Numbered from the stretch's first letter, positions 1 to 12,420 are shown. The stretch is 60,781 nt of DNA from Nemertoderma westbladi (GCA_032718475.1 JAUCBJ010002494.1:1-60781), one strand, 5' to 3'. Numbers and translations: made by a program. The notes: generated from the letters alone by a model not told the origin.

Positions 1-789
1 TCGGCAAAAGATCAGAAAGGGAACCTATGATTGTTTAGACAAACCTAGTTTACATCAACAAGTCCAAGCGGTAAAATAATTAGCTTTACCTCAGTTCAAT
101 CGCGAAATCGAGAATCTAGAGGGAGATATTGAAATTGGGCGTACATATTCCTTACAAGAGTTCTTAGATGAACGTTTTCAAAGACAAGCAGAGAAGTATC
201 AGTTAGAGGAAAAACATATCTTAATACCAATGGTCCATAATGTGAATAGTTTCCCCCGGGGTGCAGGTGCTCGCAGGCAGTCTCTTTCGGGAGTCTATAA
301 CTTCCTCTTACCCCATCCTCTTCCTGCAATCATTGTGATCAGTGTCACAATAAAAGCGTAGGAATGAGTAATGATGCGAAAGGAAACACGTCCATTGTGG
401 TATCTTATAGATACTATCCTTCCATACCCTTTCTCCTTCCTCCCACTCCTCTCCCTCTACCCAACACAATCGAGGATACGAGACGTTGATAGAGACATAC
501 TTTTCCTCCCAACTTCTCTACCCAGCATACTTGGAACTTCATGGAGAATATCGACCAATCATAGCTGTATCGTGGTATTAACGTACCATCCCTCATGAAA
601 CCTCCCCATCATCCCCTTACTGTTTATTTGGATGCTTATATTGATATCCATATCTCCTGTCCATGTATCACCGTGTTGATATTTACAATATCATCCTCTG
701 TATCTCTTTACGTTGGTTGGATAATCAACTGACAACAACTTCTAATCACAGCCATTGTCACAAGGACTGAAAGGACGCAAGAAACTTCG

Positions 790-1960
790 GTGAACAACTG
801 GTACCATTACGTGTCTGGTTGTTCACACCCCTTAGTGCTTGGGACTAAACTCGCTAAACTAGATGAACACAATAAATTCATCCGATTCGAATGCTTTAGA
901 CACTTTCTGAGTCAATTCCGTAACGTTGATAGTCAGTTTAAAGACCGCGCATTAACCAAACTCAGCTTGAGAGATTCCGCCACTGAGAAGTTAGATAGCG
1001 CTGGATTTGCCATTGTTAAGGACGTTTGCGTACAAAATATACATTCATCTGTCATGCAAAGACCCAGAATCCCCACAGGATACTCTATTGTGGAAGTTCA
1101 AATGGTGGGTTCCGTAGAGAAAATGGCTACATCCGTCGAAGCTCTGCTAGTTGAAGAAGAACCAATTTGCTTAGAATCTGAAGAAATTCAACCAATAACA
1201 CCCAGGAGTAGTGATAATGATTATGTGTTGGAATGGTATCAAGGTCCACAATGTCTAACGGCATATGATTATCGGCATGCAAATTACATTTCTAGGAAAC
1301 GTTGTCGATTATATGCATCACGTGACCACTTTACCGCTTTAGACTCCAACGAACTCTGCTCCTACTTTAAAGATCAACCTTCTATGGAAATTTATTGTGC
1401 TTATTGTCGACTTAACAATCAGCATATTTTCGCTGTTTGTCCTCAATTCATGACTCAATGTCACTACTGCCAATTCAAAGGACAGCTAGTTTTGATTGCC
1501 CTTTCAACTGAGACCTAGAAAGCGTGGACGAAATAATTGCCTTATGGTATATCAGATCTTGGGAAGCTATTGCGGATCTCCATTGTGAATCCCGCCACCG
1601 ATATTATCCAGGACGTGCATACGAAGGAGTTTATGCGTTTCACCCATCCCTCTTTTCCTCAGTTGAACAAAAATCTCGCACTCCCAGTTATGAACTGATG
1701 AAACGTGTTGGCGAGAGTGTTTCAACCAAATACGTGAATTATTCATAAACGCACTCCCTGAGTTGCAAGAAGTTCATAGACGACCATATGAATACAAAGC
1801 AAGGGTACGCGAATTAGAAAAAGCGATTAAACCTAGAAAGTTCCTCACTACATATGGTCAACCTACCGCTGTCGTACAGACAACCAATCAAGGACCAGAG
1901 CCAAGGTTGTTCAATAATCCAGATCCACCGATATCGATATTGATCAACCGGGTACCTTGA
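790..1960 (+). other. Unassigned decayed ORF series (242+74+65 aa) with Cys/His clusters; possibly a 3' accessory ORF of an LTR element
   Basis: CAYCRLNNQHIFAVC and CHYC motifs; followed by purine-rich GGGAGCAG|TGT at ~2194-2204, resembling a PPT/LTR boundary. No family recognised. Confidence 0.25.
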
Positions 1961-3904
1961 CCGCCGGATACACCGTCTGCAATCCTAATCCTTCTGATGC
2001 AATTGTATTGCACCCTTCCCCCAGGAGTTGTAGCCCTCCTAGTAAAGTGGCTCGCCTTAAAGAGAAAAGGATTCTCACAAGTCTTAAGAAACTCCGTAAA
2101 TGCCATTCGCGAAAGAAGGACTGATAATTTAGAGTATTTTTATATTAGAAACTGTGATTTTATATATATTTTATAGACTTAAATCCCATTTTCTGGGAGC
2201 AGTGTAAAAGCTTTTGCGGACAAAATAAGTCATTTTGCGTAATGCGCTAAATACTCTAAAAGGCTTATAATTTATGCAACTACGTGTCTGTCAAAAAACT
2301 CAGAGTTGGGATGACAAAATCTACCAGAAGTTTCTTTGTGTGAAGAATCTGCTTTGTTGATGTATATTTCAGCCAATCAGAGCGATCTCCCTTCCCCTGT
2401 GCACAGTGGCCTATAAGAAATGACGCAATGCGGCAAATTCTGAGAATTCCTTCATTCAGAATTCATCCATTCTGACATTCTGACTGTTCTGACTTTTGCC
2501 CTAACATCAGTGGCCTAGAGAGTCATAAGAACGCAAATCTATTAACGTAACACCGTAACTCATTGCATATTTCTCATTTCATACATACACTTTGTTCTGA
2601 ATTCTGATACTGCAACACTGCTGTTGTGCCATTAACACCGTGTTTACTGTTTTATACTATTGTTAATTGATGTTATATATTGATGGATGTTATGTTTGGA
2701 GAATACTGATGAATAATCGTTAAACCCCCCTTAACTTTCTTAATTACTGAGGTAAGCAGAAGGGTGTATCAGTAGCAATTGTGGCTCAATTTATAGTGGT
2801 CTGTGTGAATTTAATGCTATTTCATGACCCCCAATGTATGTGAGTCGCAATCCTCCTTATATATGATTAAAATCAGTGACAGATGGCAAAGCAGTGTGCG
2901 TTAGTGTAAATGTTAGTGCAGAAATTTAGTGTGAAGTTTAATAAAGCATTCCTAAGAATGCACTATTTGCGATATACTATAGCCTCCAGTTGTGATTAGT
3001 GTAAGTCATAACTCTGTTTGATACTTAAAGCGGCACGTCCCAAAGGAACTGTTAATATTTCCCCGAAAGTAAATATAGTTGTCGGAGATTATGTAGTAGT
3101 GATTAATCAAATATTACAAAGTACCCTACTGCTCTCACTTATAACCAAATCCAGTCTCCCACACCCGTGAGTCATACGCCGTGCTAGGCTGGCTTCAGCT
3201 GATGTCAATTAGTATGGGCAATAGTCAATTCATAAGACACTTAAATTAGCAGGTTAAACTGTTAAAGGTCTAAAAGCGCGAACACTCCTACTCTGGTGTT
3301 GTCTTTCACTGAAAACCATTTGTTCCTGAGTTGTATGCTGGGAAGATAAAATCAGTCAAAGTGGTTTGCGAATCGGCTTGACAGCAGTTGAGTCATCTTC
3401 CAAGTCTGTCGCAATAACTCGTCACCGTCCTCGGGTGTCGAGACTGGTAACAACACTACTTTCTTCTTCATCAGAAATCAAAGTGGGCTGGTGTAAGGGC
3501 CTCTATTGCTTTGGGGCTGGCCGAAACAGTAGAAACATAGGTCTCTCAGTTCAACATGTTCGGAGAATTTACACGTCATGGACAATGTAATGTTTCAAAT
3601 CCCTTAACAATTTGTCGATAAAGCATTCAGTTCACAATATCAAGCAAAACAAAACTATGTGCAAATAACACAACACTAGTTCAGTAGTTTACTTACACGG
3701 AAACTGCTGAGTATAATAAATTGCGCAGTTTTATTATAGCCCACTACCCAGCACATATTGGTGTTCAAGATGTTAATGTAATTAATTGTACAGAGGGGGC
3801 GAACACTGTTTTGGGGGCAGTGTTGGAAAATGATATTTCACTGTCAAGGCTTTTACAGGAGGCTAACCCCACATCCGCCGCAAAGTGAGTTCGTTTCCTG
3901 TAGT

Positions 3905-5900
3905 TCAATTACTGTAAGTATATAGCTTCGGCACTATAAATTGCTTCAAGGGAATAAAGTAAAATTTACGTGTAAACCGTTCAGTTACGTTGTGTTGTTG
4001 GCGGGCAAATGTACGTATGACTTATATATATTACAGGTAGGACACTATGTTAGACCTAGTGTGTGGTAAGCGCACAGTTCACTCGTGCTGCATACATCAT
4101 AGTATCAATAAATTATAGTTACTAGTTGGGGAATAATATTGCAGTACTATGGACGCACACACTCGCACTAAATGAACCAAATCTATTACAGACAGGGCAC
4201 AGTCAGCACTAACCGTATTGGAAATCAAGTTGGCGTGATCTCTGGTCTTGTATATTCATCAACAAGGTAAAGCAATAATACTAACTGTAACAATAAGATT
4301 TAATAGGCACGGCAAGTTAATGATGCAATGCAATAAGCAAGCAAGGCGAAATATCATAGGTCCTGCTAGTTACATGACTCGTAACAGGCTTAAGATGTTA
4401 TGAGGTTATGCCTGGGGATAGCGATAGCAACATCAACTATTATAGCACTGTAAGAATAGAAACAGCCAATAGGGCGCAAGAACATTGTAAAATATGGCAA
4501 CCAATAGGAGCTATAGAATTACGGCAACTGATGCTGGGCAACGGACAAACAATCTTAACAGTGATATACAACATGGATTTGAGACGAATATTATGCGCAC
4601 AGAAGTTGAATAGTTCTCTGATAAAAATATAATATTTCGATATGCAGTTAGCGTGTGCAGCAAAAAGATAGGATGGACAGCGAACCGTCAATAGTTAAAG
4701 TTAAGGAGAGAACCGGTGGGGTTGTACTTCGGGAGATTGCCATCACCCCAGAGGAACACAGCCTGGTAAGATATATTACACACCGGGAGAGGGGTATAGA
4801 GTATACCAGGATGAAGAGGAGGAGAGAAGAAGGGATCGAAGGCTAACTTCCTGTCGGAACGTAACTGCTGATCAACGATATGGTAGTTGTGGGGAGGAGT
4901 TCTCAGAATTTTCGATAAGATTAAACCTCGATCCAGAGGACCACATTCAGACTGCAGGACATACTGTAGGTCTTACTGCACATACTATAGGCCATGCTGG
5001 GATAGATAGTGTAGATGATAGGGTAACGCAAATGCGAGGATTGGACCCGGAAGTCACGGCTTACATACCAGTGAGTAGGCAAGAACCCGTTAGGCCTAAA
5101 CTGGTACCTGAACACCAGTATGACAATATATGGAAGGATACAACATATACCCAGCGGAGGGGGGGGGGGGGGTGTATTGCAGATAAGAGTATGGGTCCCA
5201 ATATAATAACATCTACCCCAATGCAGAATATAACAATGGGGGGGGGGGGGCGACAGGGTAATATACTGTGTCCACAATACACGCAACTAAACAAGATACA
5301 ATTTGCAACCCCTTCAGATAAAAATAAGTCGTGCGATACCGAGATATGAAGGGGACCATTGCCCCCAATGATATGTCCTACCCAAGGAAAGTCGACGAAC
5401 CCAGGAGGCAAAGCATCGCCAACATGCAAGGAGCCCACATCCGCACCGTCGAATGCGTTGGAAATTCAAGCAATGGTAATGGCAACACTCATTGATGCGT
5501 TAAAAACTAGAATAGAGTTACCACCAGTGGAACCTTTCAATTTCGACGGTAGCAAACTGGAAGAATATCTACAGTTCCGGAGGATGTATAGTAATGAGAT
5601 TCTTACGAAGAATCTAACATAGGCGGAGTGCCTTAAGTACTTACAAGTTTATACAGGGGGGCCAGCCTATGATATTATGAGGCAATACCAAGGAATCGAA
5701 GGAGGTTTTACAGCAGCGTGGAGTGGAGAGCCCTGGATAGGGAACTTGGCAACCCAGTGAAGATTATCCAACAAACCTTAAGGGGAATAACATCAGGCGG
5801 ACTCGCGGCTAACCCTGTCAGTATTAAAGCTTTCGCGACCAGAATAGAGAAAGTATTGATAGTTTTAAAGACACTAGAAGCACCATACGAACTTAATGCT
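3905..5900 (+). mobile_element. BEL/Pao LTR retrotransposon remnant: leader plus decayed gag
   Basis: IELPPVEPFNFDGSKLEEYLQFRRMY (5359-5622 ORF) resembles the BEL gag DUF1759 LP..FDG..Y..F motif; stops and frameshifts; the leader has a diverged inverted copy at 41408-42190. Confidence 0.6.
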
Positions 5901-5902
5901 TC

Positions 5903-6993
5903 AAACAACAACAACAAAAAACTTCAAGCAACCCGGCTGGAAACCATACTGTTAATAAATCTTCTCCTGAGCTTCTCATCTGGACTTAAATTCATAGTAT
6001 TTTTCCTCTTCCTCGCCTGGAGGGCACGTCCCTCCTGCAAAAGCTCCTTAAAATTACCAGACCTCCAGAGTTCGAGCCGTCTATTAAGTGTCTCACTAAG
6101 ACTTTCAGCATAAGTGCTTGTTGTTGAAGGATTACCTGCACTCTGTAGTAAGAGGGCCGGTGCTGTCATGATGGTGGTCATGGCTACGTTCCCCAGGTTG
6201 ACCTTCTCAGCGAAAGCTTTCAGTAAATCTGTGATCATGGCCTCATATCAACGGCCAGCTGCGGACCTTTGGACCTCAAATAGGGCTGGCCTCCAATATA
6301 GTATTTCACAACATGCATCCCTCAGTTGAGCATGTGTAATATGTATAATCTCCCCTGGAACTCAGTCCCAACTAAAAGAGAAAACACACGGGGTAAATAT
6401 TGGTAATTCGTCTAAGTGGGAGATGGCCCTGGTTCTGAGTTGGGAATGGTGTTAGGCATGTTATCAAAAAGCTGTCCCACCAGCGTATCAGCATTGGCGC
6501 CTGTATGGATAGATGATGATGGAGGGTGTTGGTTGTTCCTGGGCTCCAGGTGAGTTCTCATCACATCAGGGTTATGTATTATGGTTCTCTCAAGGGTAGC
6601 ATCGGTGCTATTGGTGTCCGAGTCAGATTCCTATGTAATATTTAGAATCTCTTATTTCTTACTGTTTTTGTGAAAGCTACAGATAACTTAGGAATTAAGG
6701 ACCAATGCCTTCCCATACACGCATACATATATACCACAATCATGTGAATTTGTTTGTCCAGGATAATGTCGTATTCTTTGTGATGGTCTCCACAATTGTT
6801 TGGTTGAAGAGTTATTATCAAGAGCTCCATAAATTAAATTTAGAATGTTCGCTATTTTAAGAGATAATTGTGAATCAGAAGTTTTCATTATTGAGTCCAG
6901 CGTAATGACTTCCCTTCTAATTGGATCTACCACGTGAAGAGTGTAGTGGTTGTCGGGCGTCTTTTTTGTTACATTTTTTGTTACCGGCACCAC
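5903..6993 (-). mobile_element. CRE/NeSL-like non-LTR retrotransposon fragment with Ulp1/C48 protease domain
   Basis: HYTLHVVD..ITLDS..QTNSHDCGIYVC is a Ulp1-type H-D-Q-C set (6688-6993); LLLQ..LNRRLELWRSG.FKELLQEG (5924-6238) resembles the pre-RT region of CRE-type elements. Confidence 0.6.
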
Positions 6994-7529
6994 CGGGTCG
7001 GAACCCAGACAGAGCCTATCTAGGGATAGACGCTAGGTTTTCACCCGCGTTGAAACCTGTGTTATCCCGCCATAGAGCTTTGGTGAAGGCCATGGACATA
7101 GACCTGTTCCCCGCCACCAGGACTGGCCGCAACCTGGAGAAAACTATCATTAAAAAGAGACCCCTAGCGAGCCTGACAGGAAACCACCCCTGTGAGAAAC
7201 CACGCTGTAAGACATGCCCCTCTATGGCCGATATGTCACAGAGTCCCTGGGGCTCAAAATCACGGGAACGTACGACTGCACATCGCACAACATATTGTAC
7301 CTACTAACGTGTTCCGCACACCCAGACGACTATTACCTGGGATAGACTAACTAAACACAGATCTGCTACCGAGTACATGCTGCTTCGACATTTCCTCACA
7401 TGCCCAATCGACAATCTCAGGATGACAGCATTCCGCAGATTCTACACAGATATAGACAGGATACACGCGGAGTCCGTGTACATTAACAGACACAGACCTC
7501 CCTGGAACAAAATGTATCCCGCCATGTGA
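6994..7529 (+). mobile_element. 5'-truncated Penelope-like element (Neptune-like): Cys linker plus GIY-YIG endonuclease pseudogene
   Basis: HPCEKPRCKTC linker; after a frameshift, YDCTSHNILYLLTC..DYYLG*T..RIHAESVYINRHRPPWN, matching GIY-YIG motifs; stop at 7527-7529. Confidence 0.8.
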
Positions 7530-7685
7530 CCCCGCGACTTCCTCTCTGCAAGTGACAACACCGATCCCTTACCTTTTATCCATATTGGTAATATTGGATT
7601 AATTACGTTAAATGGTGTGCCGGTTTATATTTCTAATGTTTTGATATTGTACATAGTACTTACCTTTGGATGATAACGGTTGGTC

Positions 7686-7895
7686 TAGCGAAATATACTG
7701 TATTAACGGGGAGCGTGCCTGATTAATGCTTATTTATTTTGGTGTATAAATTCCCCTTTATAATATATTTTTTACTTTGTCATTAGTTTTGCTCTAGACA
7801 GCCATCATCGTATTCCGTGGGTTTAGCGAAATATACTGTATAGCGGGGAGCGTGCCTGATTAATGCTTATTTATTTTGGTGCATAAATTCCCATT
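7686..7895 (+). repeat. Direct repeat pair (~70 bp) in the Penelope 3'/pLTR region
   Basis: TAGCGAAATATACTGTAT..GGGGAGCGTGCCTGATTAATGCTTATTTATTTTGGTG at ~7686 and ~7824. Confidence 0.8.
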
Positions 7896-8011
7896 TGTAT
7901 TACCCTTATAAGCCTAGGCCTTCTGCAGTTTCCATACCTTACTGCTGTACCGGTCACATTACGTAGGTTTTAACTATATTTTACTGCTCTTATGTAGTTG
8001 AATTCAATTTT

Positions 8012-8050
8012 GGTCCTGACGATACCCCAACGGGGAGAAATATATTGACC
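8012..8050 (+). ncRNA. Minimal type I hammerhead ribozyme (Penelope pLTR type)
   Basis: GGTC-CTGACGA-TACCCC-AAC-GGGGA-GAAA-TATA-TT-GACC: stem I GGTC/GACC, both core boxes, palindromic stem III. Confidence 0.75.
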
Positions 8051-8626
8051 GTTAATTTACAACAACATTTTAAACTGGGCGATAAAGCAGTATAGGGAGT
8101 ATAGCAGTAGCATCAGGTACTATATCGTTGTCGGGGTATAAACTAATGAGTTCTTCTTGTTGCGATACTGTGAGCTCCAACAAATCAATGTGTTTTGAAG
8201 GCTGCCCCAATGGTAATTGTGTTTGTAGTTATTATTTATTTATTTATATATTTATTTATGTTTGTAGCTACTATATTACTGATATTTATATTACTGATGA
8301 GGCCTGTTAGGCCGAAACGTGCGTATAGCGCTGGTTCAACCCCCGGTGACGCGCTCCCATTTTTTCCACTTCTGAACAAACCCATAATATTACACCTTTA
8401 ATTACAGTTGCAACAGCTCATCTCCAATTTATTTAATTAATATCACCTGGCAGCAATACCGAGCTGAATATTTATTTATTTGTACTTCCCTCCTGTTTCA
8501 CTCTAGCATACTTGAGGCCGTTAGGTCCGCTGTTAGAGATAGAATATTTGCAACTTAAGACTGCCCGTTCAATAGAAGTGGATTAGGTGGGATTGCGAGT
8601 GTCAGGGGCTAGTGGCTGAGCTGGTT

Positions 8627-8672
8627 AGCGCTACTGATGAGGCCTGTTAGGCCGAAACGTGCGTATAGCGCT
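8627..8672 (+). ncRNA. Type I hammerhead ribozyme
   Basis: AGCGCTA-CTGATGA-GGCCT-GTT-AGGCC-GAAA-CGTGCG-TA-TAGCGCT; predicted cleavage after 8665 (GUA). Confidence 0.92.
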
Positions 8673-8966
8673 GGTTCAACCCCCGGTGACGCGCTCCCAT
8701 TTTTTCCACTTCTGAACAAACCCATAATATTACACCTTTAATTACAGTTGCAACAGCTCATCTCCAATTTATTTAATTAATATCACCTGGCAGCAATACC
8801 GAGCTGAATATTTATTTATTTGTACTTCCCTCCTGTTTCACTCTAGCATACTTGAGGCCGTTAGGTCCGCTGTTAGAGATAGAATATTTGCAACTTAAGA
8901 CTGCCCGTTCAATAGAAGTGGATTAGGTGGGATTGCGAGTGTCAGGGGCTAGTGGCTGAGCTGGTT

Positions 8967-9012
8967 AGCGCTACTGATGAGGCCTGTTAGGCCGAAACGT
9001 GCGTATAGCGCT
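8967..9012 (+). ncRNA. Type I hammerhead ribozyme
   Basis: Identical copy; predicted cleavage after 9005. Confidence 0.92.
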
Positions 9013-9306
9013 GGTTCAACCCCCGGTGACGCGCTCCCATTTTTTCCACTTCTGAACAAACCCATAATATTACACCTTTAATTACAGTTGCAACAGCTCA
9101 TCTCCAATTTATTTAATTAATATCACCTGGCAGCAATACCGAGCTGAATATTTATTTATTTGTACTTCCCTCCTGTTTCACTCTAGCATACTTGAGGCCG
9201 TTAGGTCCGCTGTTAGAGATAGAATATTTGCAACTTAAGACTGCCCGTTCAATAGAAGTGGATTAGGTGGGATTGCGAGTGTCAGGGGCTAGTGGCTGAG
9301 CTGGTT

Positions 9307-9352
9307 AGCGCTACTGATGAGGCCTGTTAGGCCGAAACGTGCGTATAGCGCT
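9307..9352 (+). ncRNA. Type I hammerhead ribozyme
   Basis: Identical copy; predicted cleavage after 9345. Confidence 0.92.
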
Positions 9353-9774
9353 GGTTCAACCCCCGGTGACGCGCTCCCATTTTTTCCACTTCTGAACAAA
9401 CCCATAATATTACACCTTTAATTACAGTTGCAACAGCTCATCTCCAATTTATTTAATTAATATTACTGTATAGTAGTCCTTGCAGCTGATCTAATTAATA
9501 CGATCTATAATAATGATTGGTTGAGATAATTCAACTGTCTACGAACTATAATTATACTAGGTTGAGATAATTCAACTGTCTGATCAATAATATCAAGCGA
9601 AATAATTAAGTTGAAGAACATTATTTAAATCGAACAATAATATCATTCGAAATAATTCAACATTGCAAAAATCATTTAAAACGATCAATAATACAGTATC
9701 ACTCGTGTTAAATTATTTACAATTGATACAAAATGTATACCATAATACATTACCAACTTCTTAAATACCAACAG

Positions 9775-9809
9775 CTCTTGGTAATCCGAAAACAAATATT
9801 GCTTACGAA
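9775..9809 (+). CDS. Astacin metalloprotease, propeptide micro-exon (upstream exons not identified)
   Basis: AG|ct-LGNPKTNIAYE|GT; splices to GDI to give the astacin propeptide (F/Y)EGDI motif. Confidence 0.65.
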
Positions 9810-9845
9810 GTATCTCTATAGCACTGATTATCTCTTATATTATAG

Positions 9846-9959
9846 GGCGATATAAAACTGACACCAGAAACCAAAAAAATTATTACCGAGCTCATTAATA
9901 ATCGAGGGACCAGCAGCTACTTGAATGGTCGTTGGATGGATTACAAAGATGAAAGTGGG
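9846..9959 (+). CDS. Astacin metalloprotease exon
   Basis: tatAG|GDIKLTPETKKIITELINNRGTSSYLNGRWMDYKDESG|GTcagt; phase 0. Confidence 0.8.
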
Positions 9960-10273
9960 GTCAGTTTTTTTTACAATTTCGTGTAAATGTAATTATAATT
10001 TACAAATTTGTTGTTATTGTTATCAACTGTAGACATTGATCGGCGAAACGTACAGGCTTAATTAGGTTCACTCAATATTATATAAAGCCAGCGGTAAATT
10101 AAATATTATATTTAAAAGGCTGGATGCTGGAAATTTATAATTTTAAAAGATATGTATATTTAATTTACAAAACATTAACTCTCATGGACTGAGCGGTTAA
10201 TTACGTTAATTTTAATAGTAAATTCAAGATTCTTTCTAGAATTGTTCCTCATTTATTTAATATTTGATTCCAG

Positions 10274-10441
10274 AATTGGGTTGTACCATTTACCTACGGA
10301 TCAACAGCAAACAGTGAACTTGTTTTCGCCGTTGAGTTTGCCAGACTTTGGTTTCAAATAAATACTTGCATCCGATTGGTCCCACGTACAACCCAACAAA
10401 ATTACATCGAATTTATCCTCTCCGATGGGTGTTGGTCATCG
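10274..10441 (+). CDS. Astacin metalloprotease exon
   Basis: ccAG|NWVVPFTY..NTCIRLVPRTTQQNYIEFILSDGCWSS|GTaagt; astacin TCI.F and GCWS motifs. Confidence 0.9.
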
Positions 10442-10543
10442 GTAAGTTAACTATACAATGCAACCTTGATGCAAATTGTATTACAATTGATATATAATAG
10501 TAATTCCATGTAGCACTTTAATGGGAACCCTGATGCTATTTAA

Positions 10544-11273
10544 GGGGGGGGGGGGGGGGGGGGGGGGGGTACACCATTTTCGGACAACTCTTCGATTTAT
10601 CACTCTCAGCGTTTCAAAATTTTTTGTTTTTGGCTATAATTTGGAATATAGGTGCGTAACATGCTATTCTACATGATAGGTTATAAAAAAAATTTTTTTC
10701 GCTATTTAATATTAGTTAATACTAGTTAAAAATAAAAAAAACTTGGCTGCGCTTAAAACCCTAAGGCTTTTACAGTTTTGAATCTAATCACATCAAGGTT
10801 TTTTTATATGATAGATCAAAGATGGGGCAACATAACTATCAGGCGAAATTTTGTGAAAATAATTCTGCACCGCTAGGTGGCGCTTCAAATTTAGGCTACA
10901 TTTTTAGGTTTGTTATAAATAGTATTAAATTTTATTAACATATAATTTCGAAAAGTTGTCTGATACTTTTATGCAGGGTGGCTATGTAGACACCCACAGA
11001 AAGTTTCAGACAAATTGCTCAAATTTATAGAAGTAGTAGGGTTTTGAAGTTGACAATTTAATAAAAAAAATATTTGTAGATAATCGACCTTTCATTATAC
11101 ATAGTAATAGTAATTTCAATAGGATTCCCTAAATGGAAATTGTTATAACATGAAAACTAAAAGAGCTATTAAATAGCGGTTTTCAGATTTGGAAACACCA
11201 TTCAATGGTGCAAAAATAGACCATAAAAAAAATTCGACATATTTTTGACCAAAATGGTGTACCCCACCCCCCC
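10544..11273. mobile_element. Kolobok-like MITE
   Basis: TIRs G(n)TACACCATTTT / AAAATGGTGTACCCCACCCCCCC; TTAA on both sides (10540-10543, 11274-11277); purine termini. Confidence 0.75.
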
Positions 11274-11361
11274 TTAACAGAATTATATTATAGATATGTG
11301 GCAATCGAGATTAACGAGATTCCAGGAAAAGATCTGAAATGTTAGGTTACCGTTTCAGATA

Positions 11362-12420
11362 CAGTCCCGCTCACTAATAGAGTGCCACCGGATCCGATCT
11401 GAACTGATCGGTTATAACAGCTTCAACACTTTCCGACAAACTCCAACAGTTCGATAAGTTCCAACAGATTCGGACAGCTTCAAAAAAATTCAGACAGCTT
11501 CAAACAGAATCAGACAACAAGAACGACCTGTCACTCACTCCACCAAACACAACGGCACGCAGCAAACTTCGCCGCAAGAAAGCTTCGCCCGCGTCCAATC
11601 TTTGTCTGGAGCAATCTTTGCCCTCAAAATAAGCAACAATAGCCCGGCGGAAACCTTCGCCCGCGAGCAACCCTGGCCCAATAAACAATTCTTGTTTTGG
11701 TTAGAAAAAGCGATCTTTGTCTGGAGCAATCTTTGCCCTCAAAATAAGCAACAATAGCCCGGCGGAAACCTTCGCCCGCGAGCAACCCTGGCCCAATAAA
11801 CAATTCTTGTTTTGGTTAGAAAAAGCGATCTCTGCAACCTGCTCCTTTCGCTCAATTAGTTACACCATCGTTTATTGTTTTGGTTAGAAAAAGCCATCTC
11901 TATAACCTGATCTTTTCCCTCAATTTGTAACTAAAATGGTTACTAACACAAATCTTATTGGGCGAAGGTTGCTCGCGGGCGAAGGTATTCCCGGGCGAAG
12001 GTTGTACGCGGATGAAGATTAGACGCGGGCGAAGGTTGTACGCGGGCGAAGATTGCACCCAACCCACTCAACTCCTATCTTCCTGGGCACTATGTAGGAT
12101 ACAACAGAGTGAAAGCGTCTGACACTACAGTACAGTAAACTACATTAACTCCATTCATAAGCCACATAATGGCAGATTGTGCTGGCTAGATTGGGTGCAA
12201 TCTTCGCCCGCGTCCAATCTTCGCCCGCGGGCAACCTTCGCCCAATAAGATTTGTGTTAGTAACAATTCTAGTTACAAATTGAGTGAAAGGAGCAGGTTA
12301 CAGAGAACGATTTTTCTAACAAAAAAATAAACGATGTTGTTACTAATTGAGGGAAAGGAACAGATTACAGAGACGGCTATTTCTAACCAAAACAAAAATT
12401 GTTTATTCGGCGAAGGTTGC
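11362..12420. mobile_element. Partial Tc1/mariner-type MITE (same family as 22404-26842) interrupted by GGGTGCAATCTTCGCCCGCG-family MITEs
   Basis: TA|CAGTCCCGCTCACTAATAGAGTGCCACCGGATCCGATC end; nested element ~11555-12060 and a second partial copy from ~12192, both with CTTCGCCCGCG repeats. Confidence 0.7.

Larger units (their letters stand above)
8292..9463 (+). repeat. 340-bp tandem array (~3.4 copies), non-LTR retrozyme-like
   Basis: CTGATGA core at 8294, 8634, 8974 and 9314; copies look identical by eye. Confidence 0.95.

Noticed and set aside
7665-7705. Additional hammerhead (GGATGA..GCGAAATATAC)
   Set aside because: Lacks an intact CUGANGA box and convincing stems; at most a relic.
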